The notes beneath the pieces are model-generated. The model was not told the DNA's origin, did not search any database, and saw only the letters and a list, made by a program, of their open reading frames with translations. The position numbers and the translations under genes were made by a program. Shown in pieces: positions 9,698 to 20,927 of a stretch of 64,000 nucleotides of DNA (position 1 is the first letter of the stretch; every line of letters begins with the position of its first letter). Source of the stretch: Cyanophora paradoxa CCMP329 (lineage: Eukaryota > Plantae > Glaucophyta); NCBI GenBank assembly GCA_004431415.1, contig QPMI01000638.1, positions 1 to 64,000 of the forward strand. Direction: 5' to 3'.

Positions 9698-11235
9698 ATG
9701 CCCCTTCGTGTAATTCTCTCATTATCAGGTGGGGAGCTCGTGGTATAATTATTACGAGATTGCTAAAAGAAATCGAAACTCGAACAGGAAAAAGAGTAAT
9801 AGATCTTGTTGACCTGGTGAGTGGAACATCCACTGGTGGGATAATTGCGATTGGTCTCAATGTGAAAACCCCGAATTTCCAAACGAACCTAAACTCACTG
9901 CAACCGATTTGCATTCCACTTATCTCAACCAACTGCCTTTAATCTTTGCAAATCCCCGAAATATTATAGATAATGCCCTCTTCAACACCAAGTATGATGT
10001 GACCCCATTGGAGACAGCCATTCTCACTGTTACTGGTGAGTCTCTCATCCAAGACTCTCTAAAAGATGTGGTGATCACAAGTTTTGATACTGTGAGTATG
10101 AAGCCCATCTTTATCACCAATGATAACTCCTACAAATCTATCCCCAGCAAGATTGCTGCAAGATCCACCTCTGCTGCACCTACTTACTTCTCACCTGTGA
10201 ACTATGATGGGATGTCTCTAATTGATGGTGCAATATCAGGTTACAACAATCCCAGTGTATGTGGTTACAGCCATGCTAAAAAGATCTATGATGATGATGA
10301 TGATATAATTGTGATCAGTATATCCTGTGGTGAGGTCAATGAAACAGATGCCCCAAATGTGGGATATTCCTATGAAGATGTCAACAGCTGGGGCATTCTC
10401 TCATGGATTGCTTCGACCTCTGGGAGTCCATTAATTAATATGTTGATGGCTGCAAGTGAACTCTCAGCCCTGGAAAAGATGCAAGAGTTTCTCCCATATA
10501 ATGATGACCAAGGATATGCAAGATATTATAGACTCTCTGTTCCACTTCCAAAGACCATAGTAAACTCTCTGGATGATACCTCTAAGATACCAGATATGAT
10601 AGATGCAACCGAAATGTATATAGCAGCAAACACTGTGATGATTGATAGACTCTGTGATTTACTGGTTGCAAATTATGAAATCAAGAACCCTGCAAGGTTC
10701 TATATATCATCCACTCTGAATAACATACCTCCCATTGATGCTAACTGGTATCTTCTATCAGATGGTGCATTCACTGCTTCATCATCAAAAATTGGAAGGA
10801 GGCATTTAAAGCAAGACCTTCATTAACTGGTTGGAGGCAAATGCATCTGCTCCTGATGGGATATGGAGTGTTCCCACTGAGTATCTCCAAGTATCCTTCC
10901 CATATATATTTGAGGTTGCATCTATAATTGCATATGGTTCTGGTGTGACCAATGCCTTTATTAAGACCTTCAATGTTGCAACATCACAAGATGGTGTTTC
11001 CTGGTCATTTATCAAGTATGAAGGTGTCAACAGAGTGTTCATGTGTGAAACTATTAATAATGCCCATAACAGTGGTGATGTCTCATACAGTTCTGGGTTT
11101 CCCACCTCTATTAGAGACGTTTTCTATGTTGGCTACCCTGTGAGGACAAGGTATATTCGTATTTATCCAATTGTATATATAAATGCCCCAACTATGAGAG
11201 TGGATGTTACAGGTGCATTTATTCGAAGTGTATAG
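9698..11235 (+). CDS. Patatin-like phospholipase fused to an F5/8 type C (discoidin) domain, about 3 frameshifts
   Basis: Patatin motifs ILSLSGG(G)ARG, SGTSTGG, ARSTSAAPTYF and IDGA. Discoidin pattern EYLQVSF...SQDGVSW...PVRTRYIRIYP...MRVDVTG. Confidence 0.88.
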
Positions 11236-11658
11236 AAATTCAGGACTTCTGATGTATGGTGCGCCAGATTATGGCGATTTTTTACAGTAGCTACTGTATC
11301 GTCGTATACATTGTAGAGATTTTTAACAGTAGCTACTGTATTTTCGCATTATTTTACTGTATGTAATATATACGTATATATACTTGATACCTATATCGTC
11401 GTGTAGATCTTTTCAAGCGCTTTCTAACGCTATTTTAGCGGGTGCGAGCGGATGATCTGGTGAGGAGATACAAGCGTTTGAAGATGGCGAAATCGCCACA
11501 GCAGCAACGCGATGCCCACAGTAGTAACGCGAACCGTCAAGTATATATATGCATATATATACACTTTTTTACCAGAAATTCCGTCTGAGTCAACCGGTCA
11601 TGCGGAGGTTTTGTGTATATCTGCAATATATATGTTTTCATATGCATCATAGTTTTAT

Positions 11659-11860
11659 TTGTCACCTGTGACATAATTAATGTGGTCACCGGTGACTTAA
11701 TTTGTCACCGGTGACATAATTTCTTATGTGAATGTGGTCAACAATGACTTAATTTGTCACCGGTGACATAATTTCTTTGGTGAATTCGGTCATCGACGAC
11801 ATAATTTTGTCACCGATGACATAATTTGTCACCGGTGACATAATTTGTCACTGGTGACAA
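11659..11860. repeat. Array of palindromic GTCACCGGTGAC-type units
   Basis: About 8 variants of (TAATTT)GTCACCGGTGAC(ATAA) at 19-40 bp spacing. Confidence 0.85.
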
Positions 11861-11890
11861 ATTAATTTATTTCGTCAAATTATCCTATTG

Positions 11891-11991
11891 ACCGAAACTT
11901 CACCGAAACTTCACCGAAACTTCACCGAAACTTCTTTGAAACTTCGCTCCGAAACTTCATTGAAACTTCACCGAAACTTCACCGAAACTTC
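11891..11991 (+). repeat. 11-bp tandem minisatellite ACCGAAACTTC, about 9 copies
   Basis: Directly visible, with a few variant units. Confidence 0.9.
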
Positions 11992-12152
11992 AATATCGGT
12001 CATATATATGTATTTTATCACCAACTGCTCCGTTTTTAATACTAAAAACAGATTCAAAATCCTCTCACCAGCGGCTATCAGGTTTCGGTGAGATCGGGCA
12101 CTAACAAAATAAAGAATTGACAAGGATTTCCTGGATTCTCTCAACTTCTGCT

Positions 12153-12395
12153 ATGGATCCCATCTACCAAGACCCTGCTATCATCCATGCTGCCCAATCA
12201 GACTGGATCCATGATTTCAAAACTGCTTTCTATTACAATTTCTTCATGTCACAGCCAGAGCATGTGAGACTGTTCTTTGTTTATAATTACCAGCTGGTTT
12301 CAAACCTTGAAACTTTCTTCTTGGAAATTATTGAAAAAGATAGACAAATGAGGAAAATTCGCCAGAGGTCTAAGAGATTCCGAAAGCGTTGTTAA
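12153..12395 (+). CDS. Hypothetical protein with basic C-terminus
   Basis: ATG at 12153 preceded by an AGAATTGAC early-promoter-like motif; convergent with the integrase. Confidence 0.55.
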   Translation: MDPIYQDPAIIHAAQSDWIHDFKTAFYYNFFMSQPEHVRLFFVYNYQLVSNLETFFLEIIEKDRQMRKIRQRSKRFRKRC

Positions 12396-12396
12396 T

Positions 12397-13795
12397 CTAT
12401 TTCCTCTGCCCACTTCGTAGATTGAATCGAGTTTGGGGTGCAGTATATGTTTCCTTGGTGGTTGAAAAGTCATTATACCATCTCTGACTGTTAACTTCTG
12501 ATAATTTCTGGGTTCCTGCTATGGTCAACTTCTTTAATTCTTTCTCTACTCTACCCTTCTTTTGTGCTCTTGCTTCTGTAAGGGGTTCTTTTGGAACTTC
12601 ACTTGCTTTTTCTATGCCCTCCTTTCTGATTGCTGAATCAACCCTGGCTTCCTCTTTTGCCTGTTCAAGGGCATCCACTGTGGGAGTTTCATGATACTCA
12701 ACACCTTTAATGGGCAGCAGTTCATGAAAAGCGAATCTACCATCAACTATCTCACCACTGGGACTTCTGATTCTGAACTTGAAGCCCTCTCTGCCCTCCA
12801 CACTATAAACAATTCGAGACCAATTAACTCCCTGCTTTGCAAATGGGTTCTTTTCAACTTTCACTCTCACAAACATTCCAGGTTTCAGGGCATCAAGATA
12901 CTCAATCGATTTCTTGAATCTCTGATCCTCCATATTCACTATCTCTTTGTAGTGGGCTTCTGTGGTCTCTGCTGGTTTTCTCTTGGTTGCAGAGTGAATG
13001 GTATTATTATAATTAAACTCAATATCACCCAACACATCAAAAAATCGTGCAGTATTATTTGCAATGCAGTAGTTTGTGATCAATCTCTTGATCTGTCTGT
13101 TAAAGGCTTCAATTCGACCTTGGGTTCTGTGATCTGCAACATCACTTAGTTGATGCTCAATGAATTTCGTTCCCAAATAATCTGTGAATAACACATTGGT
13201 AAATTCGCTTCCACTATCACTCTGAATGCGAACAATAGGTCTGGGGACTCTCTGTTCAAGTTGCTTGAATGCTGCAAGTGTAGTAAGAGCACTTTTGTCT
13301 CTCATTGGAATAATGAACCCTGTTCTCAGGGTTGACTCCATTGCACTCATAAATGTATCATAACCATCATTCTGCTTTTTGTATGCAGGAAAGAAGAGCA
13401 GATCAATCACATAGGTATCAAGGGGTTGCCTAATTGGAATCATGGATCTCTCTTTCGAGATAGGGTGGGTGCATTAATTTGGACAACCTCCTGCTTATCA
13501 TACCATTCTCTCATCTTCTTGTAGTTCTCCTCTGGTAGTTCCTGTCTCATTGCAGTAAATCCCTTGTAGCCTGTCCTGGGATCATAGAACTTCTTAGCAA
13601 TCTTTGACTCTTTTGGTGCTGTCTCAGCTGGGAGTGTCTCTGGGATTAATTGCTTGACCATCTCTGATCTTTTAATATTCGACTGCTCTTCTCCTCCACT
13701 GGAACTGTGATGGGCAGGATATTCCCTCGATCTTCAATTGCCTCTTTTCTCACAATTCTTGGTGGTTGTCTCAATCCTATTTGTGTAGAAGGCAT
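12397..13795 (-). CDS. Retroviral-like (rve, DDE) integrase of Polinton type, frameshifted at the 5' end
   Basis: YVIDL (D), IQSDSGSEF (D), QGRIEAFNRQIK (E) and YNNTIHSATKRKP. The N-terminal FYDPRTGYKG lies in ORF 13440-13661. No chromodomain is visible. Confidence 0.92.
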
Positions 13796-13978
13796 CTTTA
13801 CCTTATCTCTCATATAATAAATGCAAGAGTCTGTGTGGAAGGAGAACACAATTCCAAACTACTTTGCAATTGAGCCCAATGATCCAGGATTAAGATGTAT
13901 ATGGCTGCTGCATTTAATTCGCGGTTTGTTACTTCTTGGAGAGCGAAACCAAAGAAAAAGAAAGATCAATGAAGTAGA

Positions 13979-16900
13979 TTAGAGCCCAAATGGAATGCTG
14001 TGAATTCCATCGTCTAATATCTTCCTTTTGCTATCGAGTTGGTTTAGAGCCACCCTTCTGCTCTCCAAATCATATAGGTTGTGGTCTTGCCTTCGCTTGT
14101 TTACTACTGCTACTGTTTTGGTGATGCCTTCAAACAGGCATCTTTTGAAATCATCAAAGTGAACCTCTTTTGAGGAAGTCCCAGACATCTTTATTTTATC
14201 AAAGGTCTCAGTTCTGAAAGCATAGAGTTTCGATCTCAGACCTACATACTCCACAATCTTTGCATTGGGAAACTCGTTTTTATATTTACCTGGAATCAAA
14301 CGATTGCTCCTATCAAAGAGAGGGTGGGAGGGATCATAATTACTGCAATCCAGGTGTTCAGAAATTCGCTTCATCTCATTATTTAGATCATTGGTATGCA
14401 GCAGTAGGCAGAAAGAATCTGTATCATGGAATAGTAGCTCTGCTGTTTCCCAAGTTCTCCTCACCACATCAAAAAAGAACCTGCTATTATGGAGTTTCGC
14501 AAAATCCAGCACGAAAGCACCAATTGCAACAGGTTTATCTAAGTGAACATGCTTGGAATACATCTCAAAGGCAACAGCATTTTCGTTTAATACATTGGTT
14601 GCCTTGATGAGTGGACTTGCAGCATATTTCTTGCAGAGTTTCTCACTGTTTGCAATCTTTACCACAGAGCGACCCCTGCATGATTCGAGGCATTTACCAT
14701 AGATTGCATTGTTCATTAATTTAAAGAAGTCACTCTCGAATCTGGACATAGATTGGCGCCTCAATTTCGTATTTAGATCAATATAACTATTCATAAATGC
14801 AGAGGTTGCAAATGAGAGAACCCTGTGAACCTTCGTGATTATAATACCTTTGCTCACAAGATAGACCAAGAGAGGTTGGGAAATCACATAGTTGTTTTTG
14901 GGTGAGAATGTTGCTGTGAGTTTGGGGTCTTTGCTTATCTTCTCACCTGTGATATCCAGTAACTTTCTTTGATACCCACCCAGCATTTCGGTGGTGACAT
15001 GCTCTTTATTCACTACAAGTGGAAAATCGTAATGATCTGTGAGAGTTTGTGGGTATTCCAGGTCAACTTCAATGAAGGCACTTCGTCCTGGGGTCTCTTT
15101 AAGTGCCTCTGAGACATCTTCCCATCGAAAATCGCCAATGGGCAGTTCTTGACTGAGAGCATAACCATACAGATTATTTGCATCCAAGAGAACTATATGG
15201 TCATCTGGGTTTTCCACCTTTGCATATCGAGTAGGCATTGTAGCAAACCCACCTCGAATTGCCCTCTCAATAAATTCGTATTGCCCTACATCACTGATCT
15301 GCTCAATCTTTGCTCTGGTATAAATTAGCATTGCATCCCAGGATAATCCAGGAGCCGAAACATAATGGGCAGGATCTAATCCATATTGGGAAAACGCCAA
15401 TTCTCGGAAAGTCTGGAATTTACCCATTAGATCACTTGCATCCACTGCCTGGAAGTCCATGAAATGCGAAGCATCAATGAATTTCCACATGCCCCATTGC
15501 AGGGAGAGGTATTGGTCGAAATTCTTGCTCAGAATCTCAACACGAAGTCTATCATCTTGCTGTGCAATTTTGCGGAATATTTCGTGTCCACATTCATCCA
15601 TGTGATCCACCACAATTGCTACCTTGGTTTGCTTTGAGATTCTTCTGTGGAGGTTGCAGTTTCGGCATGCTTTCCCAATAAATGCTCCTGATTGATGACA
15701 ATGGTCTCTCACTGGGAAATTCTCATGGGTAAATCGTTCGGCACAGATATAACAGTGTTTAGTGATCTTGTATTGTGCTTTCTGCTCTTCTGTGAGTGGG
15801 TGCATTGGAATATTGGTGAATAGAGTGCGGATTACTTGGGGTCTGATCTCTGTGAGAGTGGTAAACAGAGCACCAAGTGGATCTGATCCTCGAAATGATG
15901 AGAGATCACCTCATCCCCCATCACAACTGTTAGAGAAACCGATTTTACCTCTCTTTTACTGCGGTTCTCATCAATTGGAACCGAGTGACTATCCATTTTT
16001 ACATAGCAGATAGTGGGAAGCCACACAGTTTTGCGAAGGTGTTGAAGCCCAAATGCAATTTGACTTCCAGATTTCGGGCATTTACCTTTGCTCTCCCTCC
16101 AATCAATGCAGCGATTGGCTTCTAAGTGAATGTCCAGCTTCTCCTGAGTTCTGAAACGAGACAGGCAGGTCTCACAGTAATAAATGCGACCATCATGGGC
16201 TTTATCAAAGGTGGTTTTCAGGAGTCTACTCAGAGACATGATGGTGATATAATGCCCTCTATCATCCTCTTCGTTTTCGATTAATAAAAGGTTAATCTTG
16301 GTCTTTCTCCTGGGGTTGCTGGATTGATGGAGAGGATAGAAACACTGTGCTTGATTATCTGCACCATAAATGTTGATACTCAGTTCAGGGTTCTGCTCCT
16401 CAAATCGATCAATAACCTCTGCATCACAGGCAACTGGAAACTGGATGCCTTCGAAATTGAGTTCGTTTAACCATCTTCTATACTGGCTGGGTTCATTGCT
16501 CTTGTGTTTATTAATATCATTTCGGTGCAGGTAAGCCAAGATTGCATACTTGAAGCAGTCTTGACCATCAATATTCTTCACATTCACAGTTGCTCTCTTT
16601 GATCCAATCCACTCAGGTGTTGAGAAGAAGCAACCACCCACAGGAGCATAAGACATTATAACCACTCTCAGCATCTCAATGCGATCCAGTCTGTAACTGT
16701 CCACTTGCATCATCTGCTCCTGCATGGATTGAAGGGCATTTCGCAGTTCAACATCAATATTTCGTGATCTTGTGATGACAAAGTAATCACTATAAATGAA
16801 TTTGGTGATCCACACCCTTGGATCACTCACTTTGGTGAATTTACAAATGAAGGTCAACCGAGTCTTAATTGCTCTCAGGTCTTGGAGTTTCTGTCTGAGT

Positions 16901-17259
16901 CTCTGAGGTAGAGTGGGTGCAATTCTCTCCAAGAATTCAATCCCATCTTGGATAACCTCCCCTCTTGCTCGATAGGTTAACCAAGAATATGCTTTGTTCA
17001 TGGCTTCCCCATCCTCAATCTCGGGTTCAATTGTTCCCAACCTTAAACCTTCATCCCTGAATTCCTCCATTTTCTCAAAACGATCATAGAGGCGATTTGT
17101 AATTTCTGTGAGTTGAGATAATCTTGGTCTCCTATCCAAGATTGCTGCCTGGCGATCATATTCGAATTCTGTAATATCACCAGTGACTAAAAGGGTTCCT
17201 AAAAGACCGAGTATTTCGTTTTTCTTTTCTTTGATGATTCTATTGGATTGGCGGGGCAT
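13979..17259 (-). CDS. polB: Polinton-type family B DNA polymerase (N-terminal region, vOTU-like domain, EndoVII-like Zn finger, Pol), frameshift at ~15830-15880
   Basis: Pol motifs DANNLYG, KLMNNAIYGK, DTDS and GLRSKLY. Also NIDGQDCFKYAI...GHY and CYIC...VRDHCHQSG...AC..CN. Confidence 0.93.
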
Positions 17260-17315
17260 CTTTTACTTTAAGGGAACATATTATTTTTGGGCGTTTTAAA
17301 CGCATTTCGCATTTT

Positions 17316-17507
17316 TCAGGTTCTAATGATTCGCACATTCGTGCCTTTGGAGACATATACATTTACTGTGTCGAGTCTGCTTGCATAGAATCGCTTCTTT
17401 TGATATGGTCTACCATTAATCGCTCTGATCTTTGCAATATATTCCGCCACCTCTGCAATATCATTATTTTCGACCAGCTGCCGCTGAATTTCGTCGAAAT
17501 AATCCAT
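17316..17507 (-). CDS. Small hypothetical protein
   Basis: 63-aa ORF with AAAATTGA 49 bp upstream. Confidence 0.5.
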   Translation of the reverse strand: MDYFDEIQRQLVENNDIAEVAEYIAKIRAINGRPYQKKRFYASRLDTVNVYVSKGTNVRIIRT

Positions 17508-17555
17508 GTTCTGTCAAAGTCAAAGGGAAAACGCAATGAACCCTTAAATCGCCAG

Positions 17556-17563
17556 TCAATTTT
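17556..17563 (-). promoter_or_regulatory. AAAATTGA giant-virus-type early promoter motif
   Basis: AAAAATTGACTGGCGATTTAAGGG on the minus strand, upstream of the small ORF and PolB. Confidence 0.6.
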
Positions 17564-17649
17564 TGTCAAAACACACCGATTTGCGATACGTTTTTATATT
17601 GTCCGATAAAGAATCGAAAAAGTCATCGAACCACAGGGGGGAGTCTGTG

Positions 17650-17810
17650 GTTAATTGGGTGTGACGCCTGTGACGCCTGTGACACCTTTTTTCAAAGGTT
17701 TGTAGATTTTTGAAATTTTAAAAAGTTTGAAAGTAGGCGTCACAGCCGTCACAGGCGTCACACTCAATAAAAAAGGTGTCACAGCTGTCACACAAACCAT
17801 TTACAGTAAG
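17650..17810. repeat. Internal copy of the TIR TGTGAC palindromic module
   Basis: Near-identical to ~1510-1690, in the same orientation as the left TIR. Confidence 0.9.
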
Positions 17811-17861
17811 GTTTTTAAAAAATAAGAAATTCAATCAGTATTAGAATCGATTCTGTTTTGT

Positions 17862-19980
17862 TTACTCATCCCCACCTTCAACATCACTGTCATCCACCAA
17901 CTTGCGACTATGCTTCTTTTTGATCCCAAAGTAACCACGAGCAAGAACACCATTGACTCGCTTTCTCTCAGCCTTCACATTAAAGACTTCGCGAAGTCTC
18001 TTCAAGATAGTGCATTCTGTGATTTTCTCATCAGATTTGCCCATGTGATCCATCTTAAAGTGACTGATAATGGACTCACTTGTGGCGAAATCCCCTTGAC
18101 TCTTGGTGAGTTCATAACTCTCACGAATCCATTCTCCAATCTTGTCATTCTCATTGAAATATTCAACACCTTGATCAACAATGGACTGGGGTGGTTTGGT
18201 GACGAATTCATTGAGAGAATGGGTTCTCCACATTTCCAGGAGAATGGACATATGCGCCATTTTATAATCGTCATCATTCTTCATTAGGCGCATTAGAGTG
18301 GTGTCTGCTTTCTTCTCACCAGGCTGAGGATCGACCTTGAAGACATTTTCGAATCGGTAGTAGATAATTCGCCTTTGGATTGCTGCATCTGGTTTACTGA
18401 TTCCCAGGTTGTCATTTGTGGACAAGAACAACTGGAACATGGGAATGAATGTAACAAGATCTTTGAAAAGAGCTCGAACCTTCATCTCATTCCCACCAGT
18501 AACCTGTTTGATTTTGTTCAGTTGAAGCATATCACCATCTTCTGCTTCATTACTGAAAACAATTCGTTTACCAAGAATGCAAGCGAGTTCTGGGAAGCCT
18601 CTGACGAACTCTTCTTGGTTTAGTCCAATATGTCATGTCCAGTGACCCATAATACTCACCAAATGTGTCTTTCACCAACTCTTGGAGCAGTGATTTCCCA
18701 TTTGCTCCAATTCCAGTCCAGCAAGTGTATCTCTGATTTTCTGTCAAACCACTCAGGGCATAGGCGATTAATCCCAGCATGAATTCGCGGTCTGTATCCG
18801 ATTCAATAATATCTGCATAGATGGATTTAATCTTTGCAACCTTCTCTTGGTCAATTTCTGTGGTGTAATCGTAGCCAACAGTCTTACTCACCATATCATA
18901 TGGGAGTCCCTGTCGAAAAGTCATGGAGTTCAAGTCAAATACACCATTTGTGAACCCAATGATGTTGGGAACAGTATCAAGTCTCTCGAAAAAGGTCTTG
19001 TCACTGAACAGAACTGAAAGATCAGACATAAGTGCAGTTCTGTATGTAGTCTGTTTGAGGCTCTTAGCAATTCCCAGCAGAATCTTTGACCTTTCCTCCA
19101 AGGAATTGCGGTTCTCTTCATCACGAAGAGCTCTCTGTGCGAGTTGAACAGAACGTTGAAGATAAACTGGACAGACCTTGCAGCTCAAACAGAGAAAGAT
19201 TCGCTTCCCAGTTTCATCCATCTCCCAAATCCCACATACATCATTGAACTTGAACCAGGTCTTGTTGGAATACTTGTATTTGTCTTGCAGAACAAGATAG
19301 GCAACCTGTGCAACATCATAATGGGCACCATCAGATCCAGCAGACCGATCAATCAGATTTTCGATATTCGCATCTGTCTCTTCCTTCACACGAATTGTGA
19401 TAAGTCGCTTCTTGCAGTTTGCACTGTAACTCGAAACAATATATTTGTCCTTCTCCTTCCCTTGAACAATATACCAATTGTTCGAGTCATGGCTTCCCTT
19501 GCAGCAGGGACAGACCAGACCTTTGTTCTCAGCAGTGAAATTGTATCCCATCTTGGTCTCATTGATGATTGTGGGCAAGATGAAACCGAATTCTTCGAGT
19601 TTAGAAAGAATATGTTTCTGCAAATTCTCCTCAGCGCACCTTGCATAATAAGAATGTGCACCTTTGGGGAATTCGTAGTTTTCAACAATCCACTTTTGCA
19701 ACTCAGCCGTGGGTTCATTTAACTCACACTCAGATGCCCATGGCTCTCTGATCCATGTTTTGTTGGGACTGGGGCAAACATTAATCACCCCAGCAGTCCC
19801 AGTGGATGCAATCGTTTTGCAGTCATCGAATTTATCCCAAGACCAGGTTCCGTCTTTATGAGCGAAAAGCGGTCTCTTGGTATCAGGATCAACAGGAATT
19901 ACGATATTCTCAGACAGGACATCGTCTTCACGAAGCCAGTCAACAAGGCGTTTCAGGGATTTCTTGGCGGCAGCGTTCAT
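17862..19980 (-). CDS. D5-like primase-helicase (SF3), frameshift at ~18600
   Basis: D5_N-like IGFTNGVFDL...FRQG.PYDMVS.TVGYDY, Walker A GIGANGKS, IKQVTGGNEMKVRALF, AIQRRI, and a Zn-finger CPCCKGSH. Confidence 0.9.
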
Positions 19981-20037
19981 TTCAACAATCGGGGGCTTCT
20001 TATCCTTAATGGAGAAATTAATTTCTCCGGATCCTTG

Positions 20038-20045
20038 TCATTTTT
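20038..20045 (-). promoter_or_regulatory. AAAAATGA(C) early-promoter-like motif
   Basis: 58 bp upstream of the helicase ATG, next to the perfect palindrome GGAGAAATTAATTTCTCC (20011-20028). Confidence 0.5.
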
Positions 20046-20174
20046 TGGCGGCTAACCTTTAAATACCTTTGGGTTTTCCGATTGGCGCTCGATATATGGT
20101 AATGATCCATCGAAAAGTCGATTGATCATGGTAACAAAAAGGATTCAGCGGATATTTGGGACTTTGGGGGCGGT

Positions 20175-20402
20175 TCAGTATTTCCTGGGACGACCTACTG
20201 GGCGTTTTACTGGATTATTGGGATCCATCTCAGCAGCTTTCCTGCGATAATATCGTTCCAGTGCCTTTTTACGATATAATTCACGAAACTCCTCATCTTG
20301 ATAGCGTTTCTGGAAGTACAAGCGGTCATACAACCTTTTCCTCTCATTGGGATCCATTTCGCTCATTGCAAGTTCGAATTCGACCACAGATTCAGTTTCC
20401 AT
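20175..20402 (-). CDS. Small basic DNA-binding protein with C-terminal AT-hook
   Basis: Ends in KRPVGRPRKY after an R/K/Y-rich helix; promoter motif at 20484-20491. Confidence 0.75.
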   Translation of the reverse strand: METESVVEFELAMSEMDPNERKRLYDRLYFQKRYQDEEFRELYRKKALERYYRRKAAEMDPNNPVKRPVGRPRKY

Positions 20403-20622
20403 TTGATATGTTCCTTATATTTGGACGAGAAAATAATTTGTCCGGGTTCACCAATCAAACACACCTTACCCTTAAATCCCTTGTCATTTTTTGCAGATCG
20501 AGACCAGTTCCTGTCTACGCTTTTTTATTGCGGCTTCTGTCGCATATTCAGCGGTTTTCCTGTCAAGGATAGCATAGATCTCTGGGAGACTGAGCATTCG
20601 ATACTATCTACCAAGAAATAAA

Positions 20623-20898
20623 TTATTGCCTGTTCAGTGTTGGTGAGTGTGAGAACGATTTGCGCCTTAATTCTCTGCTATCGGTTCTGCGAAATCGACG
20701 GACTGGGGGTGGATCATCAGGTTCAGGTGTATGTGGTCGAGATTCAATTGATCCAGTCGAGTTTCTCCTACTACTTATGCTCCCTGTACCTTCACCATCT
20801 GATATCTCAATTTCGACCTCTGTCTCACAGCATCCACTATGACATCTACTCACCACATGTAAATTAAACATCTCAATCATCTGTCTGATTAAATCCAT
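20623..20898 (-). CDS. Small hypothetical protein (CHSGCC motif, Ser/Arg-rich tail)
   Basis: Co-oriented ORF in the morphogenesis gene run. Confidence 0.55.
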   Translation of the reverse strand: MDLIRQMIEMFNLHVVSRCHSGCCETEVEIEISDGEGTGSISSRRNSTGSIESRPHTPEPDDPPPVRRFRRTDSRELRRKSFSHSPTLNRQ

Positions 20899-20927
20899 GA
20901 TACTCTCTCTCTATTAATGTGAGATAA

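Noticed and set aside
11659-11991. Possible CRISPR-like array
   Set aside because: Units are tandem or near-tandem without unique, constant-length spacers, and no cas genes are present.
12397-19980. Programmed frameshifting in integrase, PolB and helicase
   Set aside because: Indels are widespread across unrelated genes with no consistent slippery site; error or decay is simpler.
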